In this document: positions 49,981-64,000 of the stretch, piece by piece
Position numbering within the stretch: position 1 is the first letter of the stretch
Layout of the letters: every line of letters begins with the position of its first letter
NCBI RefSeq assembly: GCF_006345805.1
Contig: NC_043013.1
Location: 55,056,001 to 55,120,000, forward strand
Direction: 5' to 3'
Source: Octopus sinensis
Taxonomy: Eukaryota
Length of the DNA: 64,000 nt
Notes under the pieces: model-generated
Told to the model about the DNA's origin: nothing
What the model saw: only the letters and a program-made list of their open reading frames with translations
The model's database searches: none
Position numbers and translations under genes: made by a program

Positions 49981-52704
49981 AGTTCATATCCAATTTAGTT
50001 TGTATCCAATTTAAACAACCTTAAAACCATTGCGCAATTGGAAGGGAAGAGTGGCACATGTCAAATAAGGAGATTATATCACAGGTAAATAAGTTTACAT
50101 CACAAATGCATTTTAAGAAATGGTGTTTTTTAAAAGGATTTCTTATAAAATTTGATTTCTATTCAGCTATTCAGATATTAACATTCCATGACTTCTAAAT
50201 GTTGCTTATAAGTGAGAAGGTTGAAAATTTAAACTTTGAATTTAATTATGAATTTTGATGTAGTTTGTCATGTGATGAATGCAGCCTTTCAATGTTTTTT
50301 ATGTCCTTGTTTTAGCAAGTTGTAGAAAATAATGTATGAAGGATTTTAAGACATCCTTAGGGTTTATTATCTGACAAAATTATCAACACCTAAAACGCAG
50401 GTTTTAAAACATCATGTCTTTACAACTAGGAATTTAATAATCAATTCTCTGCAATTTAAAATTTAAAAAAAAAGACGAAATCATTTTCGTATTTATTGTT
50501 GTTTTGTTTTTCCATTCCCTTTATTGCTTTCATTTATTGATTTATATTATGTAAATTTACACATAAATGGGAAAATTCTGAAGTTGATATATTACAAACA
50601 ACATAAAAACTCTACAGTGAAGAATTCGATTAGAAAAAAAAAGTTATCCTATGACAGATTCAATGTTTTTTTTTTTTAAATCTTTATATTTCATTCTAGA
50701 AACTTCTCTTATTTTTATGTCGAACAACTAATGTGGACCATTTTCAGTTCCATTTGCCTGTTTTGTTTTTTCTCTCATTACCTATTAGATAAGAAATATG
50801 GGTTCCATATCATATTTAATAACAGCTTTTGACATTTTACAATATTCAAATTAATATACCCCCATCTATACTGTTCAACAATTTAAAGAGCAAGATAATT
50901 GCCAATTGGTGGAACAAAATATTTATACTGATTGAAAATGTCAGGAAAATATCCCATTATTCTACGCAATCACTTTTTGTTGGAATCTACTCCTGCTAAT
51001 ACTGACATTAAAATGACAACTAGATACTATCATAAACATAGAGCAGCACTGATTTTATATTCTTACGTACCGATTTTATATCTATGTCAAGAAATTTCCA
51101 AAATATCCAGATATCTCTGGAATTATGTTCGACACTATTAAGATACTACATTTATTTTCGAATATAACAATAGAAATACTGAAATATGTGTTGATACATC
51201 TTTTATATACCTGCTGATATTCTCAATGTCATTAGAATAGGTTCTCTTTTATTTTTAAGCTACCAGGAACAAGAAGTGTTTACTACAGAAGATCACAATG
51301 CCTGTAAACTTGGTATAATTACAATATATATGTTATATATTTCTAAGAATATACATTAAACCAAAGATAAAATGTCTTTTCATTCTCATTTGTTCTTTCT
51401 TTTCAACACCTGTTGTTCCATGCGAGCATGGCTTTCAGGGAAAGAAAGTGAGGCATAATTTTTTTATGGATGGATGCACATGCCACACGGTAACAGCATA
51501 TGAGGGGGTATATCTCATGGAAATAGGGACTGACTGGGACTCAGCTTCATGGGTCACGTGGGAAAACCCAGGAATATTTTGACAAATGGTGAATGCAACA
51601 ATGCACTGCAACAGCGAATGACCTGACATTAAACCTGACCTGATACACTTTCTATTATCAGCTCTAACTTGTTTTTAAATGGACAATTATATTTTTATTT
51701 GAGAGGAGTTCGAAAGTGCTGAGCTACTGGACAATTTGTTGACAGGAAATATCAAAAAAAAGTCACTATCAACAAAGGCCAATGACAAATGGTGACATCA
51801 CCGTAGACTAATTCAGTGCGGTTTTTGGACACATTTACACACACACAAATACATGCATACTTGTGTATGACAAGCTTCTTACAGTTTCCATCTACCATAT
51901 TATCTCACAAGACATTAGTTTGCTTGAGGTTGAAGGAAAAAAACATTTGCCCAAAATGCCATTCACTGGAACTGAGCCCAAAGTCACATGGATCAGAAGT
52001 GAACTTCTTTACCAGACAGTCATGTCTCTGTGCCTGTATTAGAATATGTTCTACAAAATTGTTCTCCATAATTCAAATCTGGCTGCAAAGCCAATCAAGT
52101 AAATTGCTTTTACATTCTTTTATTTAATAAAATATAAAATGAGGTAAATAAAAATTGAAAAAATAAAGACATAATGGTTAAATGGTTGATTTGTGGAATC
52201 GTTAAACTAATGAGTATTAAACCAATAAAATTAGAAGTCAATTCCATTTCTAAATTCTGTTTGTCTTGTGTCTAATCTCACTTCCCAAGGGAATATCTGA
52301 TTCTTTTGCATCTCTTTGGCTGCCATCTTTCTTGTTATTGTCTGCTATTATCAGCAACATTGATGTACATTCTATATATAAGACAGTATTACCCATCTGA
52401 GAAAACCATAGGTTGACCTGCTAGTAATAGTAACGAAACCTACCTCAAACCACATACCCTATTATCTTAAAAGAAGGATGATATCCATTTATGTCTGAAG
52501 AAGACATGATGGTCACAATTAGAAGACTTTTGATTCTACGTCTGCTTGTTTGTTTAAATCACTGGTTTCCAACCATTTTCTACTCCCAGGGACTCCTTTG
52601 TTTCCCATTTTTACTCCAGTGCACCTTCATAGACATTCAATGGTTAAAAGAACTGATTAGATTTTTAGAATGAAATATTATTAGGAATTTTAAAATCTTT
52701 TTTT

Positions 52705-53082
52705 TTGTTTTATTTGTTTCGGTCATCAAACTGCAACCAAGCTGGGGCTCTGACTTAAAGAATTTTCGGTTGAATGAATTGGCCCCAATGCTTTTATTTT
52801 TAAGCCTGGTACTCGTTCTTTGTCAAACCACTATGTTACAGGGATGTAATTAAACCAACATCGATTATCTAGCAGTGGTGGGGGACAAACATAGACACCC
52901 ACACATAGATATATAATATATATGATGGGCTTCTTTTAGTTTCCGTCTACCAAATCCACTCACAAGGATTTGGTTGGCCCAAGTCTATAGTAAAAGACAC
53001 CTGCTCAAGATGCCACATAGTGGGACTGAACCTGGAGCTATGTGGTTGTGAAGCAAACTTCTTACCAGACAGCCACACTTGC
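52705..53082 (-). mobile_element. Family A SINE (reverse)
   Basis: TTTCCGTCTACCAAATCCACTCACAAGG...GGGACTGAACC...CTTACCAGACAGCCAC. Confidence 0.85.
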
Positions 53083-54482
53083 ATAAACACTTAACATTTT
53101 TTGTGTATTATAGAATTATAAACAATTTATTGCACATAAATCTTAACAAAATCACATACGGACACCCAATGGTGTCCGTATGGGGTGTGTATATGGCCCA
53201 TATACGGTGAGAGTATAGATAGGTAAACTCTTTGGTTTAGAAAACAAGTTAGCAGCAAGAAACAGCAAATGGCTGCAAAAACAAAGCTTCAACAATATGT
53301 ATTCATCTAACTGATGCTGTATAGAAAAAACAGACATAAAACAAACAAGTCAGATACACACTTAAAACTGGTTTGATACAGACTATATTCTCAATAATAA
53401 GTAACAAAGCTAAAGGATTTCTTCTGAAATTAATCAGCTTTATTAATTGTGATTCTAGAAGAAAACATTAGTTATATATCACATTAACACAATATGTTGA
53501 TAAATAAAATGAAGGAATGTACATAATTTTATTTAAGATAAATGGCTTTAGAAATGTTCAATGTGTAGGAAAAAATATATTGTTTCTTACCCCAGGAGGG
53601 AGAAGGAATCCTTTAAGATATTGTTTGAAACTGTAGCCAGTTTTAGAATAGTGAAATTGCAAGAAGTATTATGATTCCTATAAATGAGAAACTAAACAGA
53701 GCTAAGGACTCCAAATAAATGTTAGATCTGCATTGCTGGCTGAGTAAAGGAACTGGCTTAAGGAAGAAGGCTACAGCAGTGTTACTTCAATTAGTTCTCA
53801 TATTGACCTATGGGGTGGATTTTAATCAGGGACAAAATGACTCAAACATGCATTTTAGGGGTTTAAAAAAATGTAAATTGATTGAAAGTTATTAACAGAA
53901 TTCCCTTATTATGCCACATTCACAAGTATCTAGTTTTTTAGGAATCCGCTAGTGATATCATTGGAATAGTGTACCACAGAAATAACAGCTGTGATACACT
54001 GTACCAATGTACGGCACCCAGCAATGAACATCATTGAGAGTGCCAGTCAGTGGCTTACATTTGATGCATGGCAGCCAACACAGCTACATGTGAGTAATAC
54101 AATAATCCTACATGTCTACAGAGCTGAAAGAACAGACAGGAAGTTATCGTGTTTTTCCAGCTGATTTCCATTCTCTACATTGGTTGTGTTACTTAAATTG
54201 TTTACATGAAATTATCGGATTTTGCAATCATCACTTCTGGTCAATTTACTTTTATTTTTTTTAAACCCTTAAACTACATAGAAAGCCATTTATCTATGAT
54301 GTTAATGCTTTATTTTATAAATAAGTTTTCAAAACTAAAATTATATTTGCAACTGTTGTCCCAACTTTCAGTGGAAAATTAAGAGTAGATTACCTCCTGG
54401 GGTACCATGTTCTAAAAAGTAGTTTAAAAGTCAAATGAAAAAAATGTGTTAATTTTAAAGTTACTGCAAACTTAGCAAAACA

Positions 54483-54518
<36 letters not shown>

Positions 54519-55265
54519 GTTGTTGTTGTTTCTTACATTATCAGTTGAATTAATGGCTCTTCCTTGAGGTATGAGTGTATCATGTTCTGACCTCTAACCC
54601 TGACATCCTAACTACTGACAGCTACTGAATGCAGAACTAGATAACCAAAGGCAATGAATACCTTGTATTTTATTTTCTGTCATCTCACTGATTAACCCTT
54701 GTTCTCTTCTCTCTCCTACTTTAAATGATATTTTACTAAAGACTCTGCTGCTTATAACCACAATATCTTAGTTGAATAAGTTCCTTTAAGTGTTCTACTT
54801 TAATATATTTATTCTCCATTTTGCACACTATCATTCACAGTATTGCAACAATAACAGGGATAATATTTTTGCAACTAAAGGACACCCTTTACAAACTGGT
54901 GTCCATTCGTCCACTCAATCATAAACACGTTTCTTTTCATTTTCAGCTAAGGTTCACGATAATGTTAAACCACAAACTACAGAAGCCATCAATCATTGCC
55001 ATCGTTATTACATAATATAGAGTAATACTATTTGCGAATAAATAGGCACAGGTGTGGCCACATCGTTAAGAAATTTGCTTTCCAAATACATGGTCTTAGG
55101 TTCAGTTCCACTCTGCAGCACCTTAAGATTTGAGAGCGAATTTGGCTGATAGAAACTGAGAGAAGCCTGTTGTGTGTGTTTGTGTGTAGGTGCACTCACA
55201 CATATAGATAGATAGATAAATATATGTATATATGTATATATATATATTATATATATATATATATA

Positions 55266-55645
55266 TCATCATCATCATCGTTGTCGTCATTTAACATCTG
55301 CTTTCCATGCTGGCATGGGTTGGATGGTTTGACTGGGCTGGCACACTAGAAGGCTACACCAGACTTCAGTCTGATTTGGCATGGTTTTCTATGGCTGGAT
55401 GCCCTTCCTAATGCTAACCACTTTGAGAGTGTAACTGGTGCTTTTATGTGCCACCAGCACAGGTGTCATTTGTGTGACACCAGTATCTGCCACGACTGCA
55501 ATTTTGCTCAGCTTAATGGGTTTTCTTCTCAAGCGCAACATAATGCCAAAGGTCTTGGCCTTTGCTTCCATGAGGCCCAACACTCGAAAGGACCTCAGCC
55601 ACTCTGCCTCCATGAGGCCCAATGCTTGAAATGAACTCAGCCACC
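55266..55645 (-). mobile_element. Family C / RTE 3' UTR copy with internal ~43-bp duplication
   Basis: (CAT)n...CTTTCCATGCTGGCATGGGTTGGATGG...GGCTGGATGCCCTTCCTAATG; CCATGAGGCCCAA repeated at ~5557x and ~5561x. Confidence 0.8.
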
Positions 55646-58600
55646 TCGCGTGTGTAGGCAGATATGGTTATGTATGTACACATGCTTGTGTGCTGCAGTG
55701 TTTTTCTTTCCATTTGTGTTCCATGAAAGCTGTATACTATGAACAGTTTTATTGTTATCCTTTCTCCTGTCATCAATTTTCCTACTTTTGAAGATGTATG
55801 AAATAAAGGATCCCTTACTTAAAAAACTGGAAAGAAGTTGGTGACAGGAAAGGCATTCAGCTGTAAAACAATGCCACAATAATATATTCGTCTAACTCAT
55901 GCTAACATGGAAAGATGGACATAAAAACAAATACAACAGACATATAAACTGATCATTCCATTTTACATGTGATATCATCATCTTGTGGTTACTATGGCAA
56001 ATCATCTCTATGCTTTGTCGAATGAAAGTACCAGAGATATTTTTATTGGTGAAGTAACAACCAGCATTTCACATGCCTCCATCTCCACCTTGCTTATTTT
56101 ATCAACCAGTGCCAATTCCAACACTATAAACATCACAAACACTATTTGTTTTTCTTGTTAAAACTTAGAGTGTGGCTTTTAAACTCATATTTCCATCATC
56201 GACTCCTTCAATCCTCGCTGTGCTCTTTCTCTATTTGTTGGTTATCTCTAATGCCAGCCAAATGCCATAATTAGCAGTTATTGGCAGGTTTAGGTCATTT
56301 CTCCGGCACTTAGCAGATACATTCTCGCTGATGTGATAGTTTCTAAAACAAACACAGCCACACACAGCTACACACACACACACACACATGCAAGCACTGT
56401 AAGTACCTTTAGTAATGACCTGAGAAGCCATTAGCACCTTCTGATGGAAAGCCGTTAGGTTAGAATCAGCTCAAATGAGGAAAAACAGAGCTGAATAACA
56501 GATTAATAGCTTACTTAGGTGCTAATCTTTGATTGAGGCTTTTCTAAGACAAAGAATAGTACACAAATAAAGCTTATTATTACCAGAAACTACCATTATA
56601 GCAGTGCCAATTGAAATATTTTTCCCTTCCTGCTAACTGTTCCTGCCAGCTCACTCAGTACCAGTTTGTAATAGTCAAAAATTTACTTTAGTTTTCAGAT
56701 AAATACAAACAATAGACAGAATTTTTAAGTAATATATTGAATGGAAAGAGATATACATAAAAAAAAATATCACCAAGCATGTAAAAAAACAAAAAACAAA
56801 AAAAACATTTCAACCATTTCAGTGGAGAAAAATGGATCAAAAACGTATCTTTTATAGTAGATAAGTGATGGAAATATAGTTGCTAGAATACCATACACAA
56901 ATTTCCAATAAATTATATTTGAAATATAGTTTCAGTTTTAAAAATGTATCATAGGCTCCTTTGATCTATTGAGTGCTAATTAGTTGATTAGGACCACATA
57001 AGGGGATGACCATTAAAATACAATCTATATTTTAGCATCTTTGAGAAAATGTGTGTATGAGAGAGACTCACACACACACAGTGCACCTAAACATAAGTTT
57101 TCAGTTTATATGTATGGAAAAAGCATTTGAAAATGTATAGAAATGAAACTAGGGACTTTGAGGATGTAGAATAGTGATACTGGTAACAATGAACTCCCAA
57201 GTTTAGTGACCTTTCAAGCTAGAGAGCCTACTTTCCATTTATGATGAAACATCCCTCATATCAAAATAGCGAAACTGGTCACCTCACTCATGGGAAATTT
57301 AAATCAAATTTTTCAATTAATTACAAAAACTAGCAATATTTCAAATATTAACTTCAATTTCTGCTGATCACAAAAGCAGAACAATGCAAACACAATATGA
57401 TTATGAAGCAACTCTCATGTTGTAATTGATGTTAAAGATCGCTACCTCTTTCTCTCCCTATCCTGTTGTCTTTGGTTGTTCTATTGTGCAATATCAGAAT
57501 TCAATGCATATTTCTATTCATAACAACATTTTAAACTATTTTATTTCTTGTGCTGTTACTTCCTGTATCTCTGGCACTATACACAAACTGATAAGCTATC
57601 ATAAAAAGCCATATGTGTATTTGAAAAGATGGGAAAATGCATGATTATACATACACAGACACACATAAATACATACATTATATTACTTTGTCTAAATATA
57701 TATCTTATTGAAAGCAGGAGTGAAGTGAAAAACAATCAGGGCTAGATTTGAATCCAGAATGCATAGTAGTGTAATCAAATGCTATAGGAACATATATTTC
57801 ATAGTATAATGGCCATTGATTGGTGGACAATAAGGAGAATGATTGTTTCTGTGGGTCAATTGAAATAGAAAAACTTGAGAGCATAAAAATAAAAAGATGT
57901 ATGGTAAATATTTATGGAAACAAAAGTCCTCATAACAAAATAAGCTTCTCACACCCAAAGATGTAGCAAAAGGGAAACAAGATGGAGCAATCCCCCCTGA
58001 GGTGTGGAGGGGTACCAATAAAGTTTTTGTTCAGTGCTGTGAACCATTGTTAGGCTACTACTCACATCTTATCATTAAATAGGGTTGGAGACATTTGTCA
58101 GTCAAGCAAACTGAGGTAAACAGAATTACAGTTCTCTGCAAGACCTGAACTTTTAACCATGTGGTCGATAGATCATACTCTTAACTTGATAAGCCTTGTG
58201 ACTGTTAGTTTTACAACTTGGATGATGTTGTAATGCTTAATATTATTGAGAAATGTTCACTTAAGCATGAGTAAGCCAATAATTGGTGATTGATAAAAGT
58301 TATATTGAAACAGGAACAATTTCCTTGCCTTTTCTTACAAATAGTTAGAAATTGATGGTTTAACTCACAAGTAGTTGAAGAATATTGTGAAAAAAATGAC
58401 ATTAAGAGAAGAACTGGTATATTTTTCAATGAAAAAGTTACAAAAATCTCTCTGATAAGAGAGTATCATTAATTTAATTTGAACAGCAAAGAGAAAATGT
58501 CAGCATTTCTTAGCTATAATAAATCAATGAGTTGTTGACAGACATTTGACAAAATTATAGTGAGAAGAAACAAGTTTCTTCTTTTGCTAAGCAGTCAAAA

Positions 58601-59149
58601 TGAAATAAATTCCAAGAATGGTATTTAAGTTGGAAGTCATGAACTGTATGTTTCTCTTGAGATATAGTAGGGATGAAAGGGAAATACTTACTTAGTGACA
58701 TAGACAAGCAATCATATATACAACAAATAAATTATACACATATATGTCTGTATGTCTTGTGTATCCAAGTTATAGATACATTTCACAAATTATAAGATAG
58801 TAAAAAAACGGTAAAATAACATGAGTATAGTTATAGGCTTTTATCTATTCTTCTATTACTGTCAGTCTGTGAACTGCTGCCATGGTTAGATGGAACCCTG
58901 CCCCAAGACTAATTGCACTCTGCTACTTATTTTATTGATCTCTAATTATTGAACCACTAGGTCATGGAACTTCAAGGGATACAATATAGACACAGTACTG
59001 GTTTTTTAGATTGGTATAATCCTTAACATAAATATGGACACACACACACACACACACACTCTCTCTCTCTCATGCGTGCACGCACACACACACTTTCTCT
59101 CTCTTGTGCACACATGCACACACACACACAACTTCATCATCAATTTATG

Positions 59150-59500
59150 TTTTTTGTTTCTTTCTGCCCATGCATGGGTTGGATGGATGATCTCCAGAAC
59201 AGCATTTTACCATTTGTGATCTTCTGTGAGGTTCAGCATCCTGAACCACGACTTCTCTTATTTCCCATGGTCTTCCTTCTATTTGCATCACATGTCTTTA
59301 TCTATCATCACTCTTTCCTCTTGCACTCTGTATTTTATTATATTTGTAACCCAAATTTTCTCCCAGTTCATTTGTGTTCCATCATTTCATATCACCATTT
59401 TAAAATCCACTTTTCCATTCTTGCATGGTCCAATTAAATATCATCGACAGAAATTCTCTATTCTCTTCTTGTTGCCAGTCATCACCTGAATCCAAGCAAT
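59150..59500 (-). mobile_element. Highly degenerate RTE C-terminus
   Basis: Weak resemblance to RLRWYGHV...GRPRKTW.EVV plus a family C-like tail. Confidence 0.45.
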
Positions 59501-59639
59501 GTAATATTCACCCCATGGCTAGACAATGCTTTCACAAAATATTGCAAACAAATAACCCCGCTTGTATGGCAGTTGAAATGTTTGTTCATAAGTGTCAAAT
59601 GATGTCAAGACGAGGACCCCCCCCCCACACACACACACA

Positions 59640-59790
59640 ATGGGCTTCTTTCAGTTTCTCTTCACCAAATCCATTAACAAGGCTTTGGTCAATTCAGGGC
59701 TATAGTAGAAAATACTTGCCTAAAGTGCCATGCAGTGGAATTGAACATGAAAACACATGACTGGAAAGCAAACTTCTTAAGCACACGCCA
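59640..59790 (-). mobile_element. Family A SINE 5' part (reverse)
   Basis: CTTCTTTCAGTTTCTC...CAAATCCATTAACAAGGCTTTGG...GCAGTGGAATTGAAC. Confidence 0.75.
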
Positions 59791-59940
59791 TAACTACATC
59801 AGTGTGTGTGTGTGTGTGTGTTATCAAGAAATGTTTCTCTTTGTTTCACTGCTTCTCTCCAAACTGAGTGAAGTGATAATCAGTTCTTGGTCACAGACAG
59901 GGTTATGATTATTTAATTTTTATGGAAACAAGTAATACAA

Positions 59941-59976
<36 letters not shown>

Positions 59977-62900
59977 ATATATATATATATATATATACAA
60001 GCAAACCTTGTCCAGAAAAAGAGACACAACTGAAAAATAGAGGGACAAAGATGACAAGAAAGAGTGGGGAGAGAAGAATTACCAACAGCCAATAACTTTA
60101 TTTAAGTATAAAATACAAAATGTCACTCACTAATACAAGCTAAAGAAATCAGATGTATATCCCTATAAATTCTTGTAGAAAAACACTATGGAACCAAAGA
60201 TGAACCATGAATGTTATTAATGATTAGAATAAAACCTTAATATCTTGAATAAAGTCAATATTTATTTATTGTTCATTATTTCATCCCGTTTGGGATTTGG
60301 ATCCATTTATCCATAAAAAGGATTTAAATGTATTACTCCAAGGCTAATATCCCAACACTTTAATAGGAGACACAAAATAATAACTTAATGATGAACCAAC
60401 TGAAAGAGGAAATGCTTAAATATACTTGATGATGTTTTCCAACACCAAGAATTGGCAGAGAAACAGTGAAGGCTAAACAGATAAATACTTCAGCTTGTCC
60501 TTTATTATTAGTATCTGAAGCAGAATGTGTAGTTATTATATGATAATACTGAGAATTCTTTGAAAAAGATGTATTAGAAAAGATAATGATATTTTGTATT
60601 CTTGTGACTAGGTTTTGCACTCTTTCAGTTTAGCTACAAAACTTTGCTAAAAGATTTATACTCAAACATATGGAAAACATTGATGCAGTTTGGAAAACTA
60701 ATCGAATAGTTCACGCATCAGTATAACAACAACAGCATGCATAAAAAGAAAACATATTTGTTAGCAATAAATCTATAACTACCGCCTAGAATAGAATGTG
60801 TCTGTCAGACATAGAGGAAGGATTGTATAGTCATATTTATTCAGAGAAGAAAATAATGGATAGAGTGACAAAGACTTCTCTGTTCTAGAATTGAAGAAGC
60901 TATAGTTCTTTAAATAGATACTCTTTGAAAGTTTGTAACAATTCACAAAATAATGCAAATATCCAATCAGGAAGAAAATATGCTTATTTCAAAATGCATT
61001 CCATCATTTTACAAATTAAATAATCCAGAAAATGATAAACTTGTGCTGTAAAGTAAAACAGATGAGAAAGGGAAATAAAATACTGGAGCCAAAACTCTAT
61101 TTTATCCGAACCAGGTTTTGTTTCTTTGTTAGAGAATAGATATGATTCAGAACAACACCTTTGTCTTGTATTTGCTTTATTTCAGCAACAGCGAGTTTTC
61201 TTTATGAAAAAACCCCAATATGTTTAACTAAATCTATGACTGGTTGAATCAGGGAAAATAAATATAGATTTCATTTGGAGTTTACATCTGTTTTTCAGAA
61301 GTATTTATTGATTGGTTTTGCAAAAATGTACATTTACATGAATATTTCTGGTGAAAAAAGAAACCATCTGATGTAAACAAATAACTTCTCCTGTATTTGT
61401 TGTCCTAGAAAATGCTTTTGAAATGGTTCCATCATTGATCTGTAGTATAGCAGGCATTAAAAATGATGGGCAAATAACTAGAGAAAACTAGTAAGGTCAT
61501 GTACGACACTTGTATAGTGTAGAACCAAGATCTGGGATAAACTTATTGAAGAATTTCTAGTCCACTCTACAAGTTTTAATCCTTAATCATCTAGCATTCC
61601 CTCAAACACAAAGGAATTCACGACAGATTCTCAAACAGTGATTCTGCATGCCTCCAGACTGAATCATGCTAAAGAATTTGTCTGCCAAAGAACTTTAATA
61701 TGTGTCAACATTGTGATGCTATAGTAAATAAAAAAACAAATGGTTTGAAGATGCAAGAAAAAAACAACAAAAGAGAAACAAGTTGAGTAAAATCCGACAG
61801 ACATACAATGTTCAGTTGTGAAGCAAACAGAATGCAGAGACAGAATATACAAATGACAGAATATCAAAACTGAAAACGATCAGAAAACTTGTTCTTACAC
61901 GATTCTACATAGAATTAATCCATTTCATCGTTCTTAATTGTAACTTCAATATCAGTGAAGTGAAATTATCAGATTTCTTTAACGTTTAATGTAAAACTAA
62001 TCCTTCCTGTTAAACAAAATCTATGACATGGAATAAATTGCCAAGTTGAGATTCATTTATTATTCCAATCCACTCTTAAAGAGTTTGGAAAACTGTGTTA
62101 AGTACAAAGATATCTAAAAAGTACTTGAAAAAAAGTTCCATATTTATGGGATTATATTTTGGTAATTGTAGATGTTAGTAACTTATTTGTAGAATTATAC
62201 TTCTAATCTGAATTATCATCTGGTATTAAAATAGGACATCAAAGAGAAACATATTGAAGAAACTGATTTTTGTCTGAAGAAATTTACAGTAATTTTCTTT
62301 GATGCTGTGAGAAAATGGAAGAGATGTCTCCTTATTTTGCTGGATATCAGTACTAAATGTCTTAAGTGAGCAGGTGAATTAGAGGCTGCATATTTCAGAT
62401 AAGTAATTCGTTGTGGTAGAAATATTTCCTGTATACTATCATCCTCCAGTTGCAGAGAGAAAAGTGGTTAAGTGGGCGAGGGAGAAAGAGAAGCTGAAAA
62501 CTGATCAGATCTATAGCAGCAGAAGGTGTTCAGAAAAATCTGCCCCTGTGCACAGGTTAACAATTATGGTGGGAGAAAAAAATAATCATACTGTGTTATG
62601 AATAAATTCAAGCAAAAGTTTGTAAATTACGAATATTGCCTGAGGCCTATAAGTGTGTATCCCCAAACAAGTATTGTGTGGAATTTATACAAGACACTTA
62701 ACTCTACTTACACTATAGAGATAATGTGGTGCCAATAATATTGCCACACTCTCTTCTTGATCATATTGGCATAGATAAGACACGAGTTTTGGCATATGTA
62801 CAAGCCAACAATAAAATACAGTTGTACTTGTATTTCTATGTATGAGCTTATTTTCAAATCAATTTATAAGATTTTGAGAATTTCACAAAGATTTTGGAAC

Positions 62901-63250
62901 AACAGAATTGAAATAATATCATTTATATCTATGCTTGGAAAGTATACCAAGTTATATACATCAATGCTTTCTTAGAATATGTTCGATATAAACCTCCGCA
63001 ATGATTTCCTTACAAAGAACAATAGCTGCATCGGATATGAAAAAAGTTGGGCAAAAAAATATTTTACATTTGAATAAAACAAAAGTTTGCCAAAACAACT
63101 TCAAGAAGATTGTGGTTTAAAAAAAATTCATAGATGTACAGAAACCTACAAAACTGACTGAGGTTAATATGATTAAAATTATGTAGGCTTTTTTCCTACT
63201 TATATTAAAAAAAATATGGTTGTGCAACAGGTGTTTTTTTAATTCGTCTT

Positions 63251-63254
<4 letters not shown>

Positions 63255-63315
<61 letters not shown>
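63255..63315. repeat. Long perfect (AT)n
   Basis: Directly visible. Confidence 0.95.
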
Positions 63316-63319
<4 letters not shown>

Positions 63320-64000
63320 GGAGATATAGGAATCAAAACAAAATAGTACTACTAATCCTATCAAAAATAAAAGATTATTATTAATCCAAAGAATGTTAAA
63401 CTATATTTATCACTATGTTCTGTCGACTGACATATTTATTGCTACAGAAAAATGTTTCCTTATCTGCTACTTGTTTGCAAAGAATTATGCAACATAAATA
63501 CACTTTGTTTTAAAACTTCAAATGTTCCTTTTGCTTTGAATTCTATTTCAATTCCTGTTTACTTATGTTTATCTTTCTCTTTAGTTTAAAAAGAAAAAAA
63601 ATGGAAATTACACTTAGATCAAACATTTTATTTTCTAAGATTTTAAACGTTTCCCACTGGGAAACTTCGTTGGAACTGGGGGAGTGGGGGGAGGATACAA
63701 GCATCTGTTGTTGCAGCAGAATCATTCTACCATGCAGCTGGGTGAAAAACATTTAACTATTGCTAAACACATCCAGCTTGGGAGACATTATTATCTTTGA
63801 TTACACTTGTATTTCATTTCGTTTCCCTATAAAACTATTTTATACACAACTTAGAAAATCTTAAATTTGATTTAATTCCATCTTTCACAATATCCTGCCT
63901 CAAACATAATTCCACCACCTTCAACAAACATTTAATGGGGTTTTTTTCTTTACTTTTAAAAGAAGATTATATTTGACTAATCAATCATTTTGGTAGAGTC

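Noticed and set aside
1-64000. CRISPR arrays, operons, prokaryotic systems
   Set aside because: Eukaryotic repeat-rich DNA; no regularly spaced repeat-spacer array seen.

Overview
AT-rich, repeat-dense eukaryotic non-coding DNA. The SINE families and the (TA)n/(TG)n/(AAT)n/(CAT)n microsatellite load look like an octopus (cephalopod) genome; this is recognition from memory, not a database result. I find no recognisable intact host protein-coding gene, no rRNA or tRNA gene and no CRISPR array. Most ORF-track entries are microsatellite read-throughs, antisense frames of transposons or short unassignable ORFs. Supported content: three abundant SINE families, LINE fragments (CR1, RTE, R4/Dong-like), a Penelope-like element (PLE) remnant with a GIY-YIG region and a hammerhead ribozyme, piggyBac-type MITEs (one with a nested Helitron), and two foldback/TIR elements. 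The most interesting signals are: (i) a textbook recursive-splice-site motif (branch point, Y21, CAG|GTAAGT) with an all-frame-stop RS-exon on the minus strand at ~33.6 kb; (ii) a complete, TSD-flanked tRNA-headed SINE carrying a PLE-type hammerhead; (iii) a PLE whose 38-bp inverted terminal copy starts 1 nt from its hammerhead cleavage site; (iv) small minus-strand exon candidates at 46.5-46.9 kb and 54.1 kb, suggesting the window lies in very long introns. Repeat boundaries are approximate unless TSD/TIR-defined.
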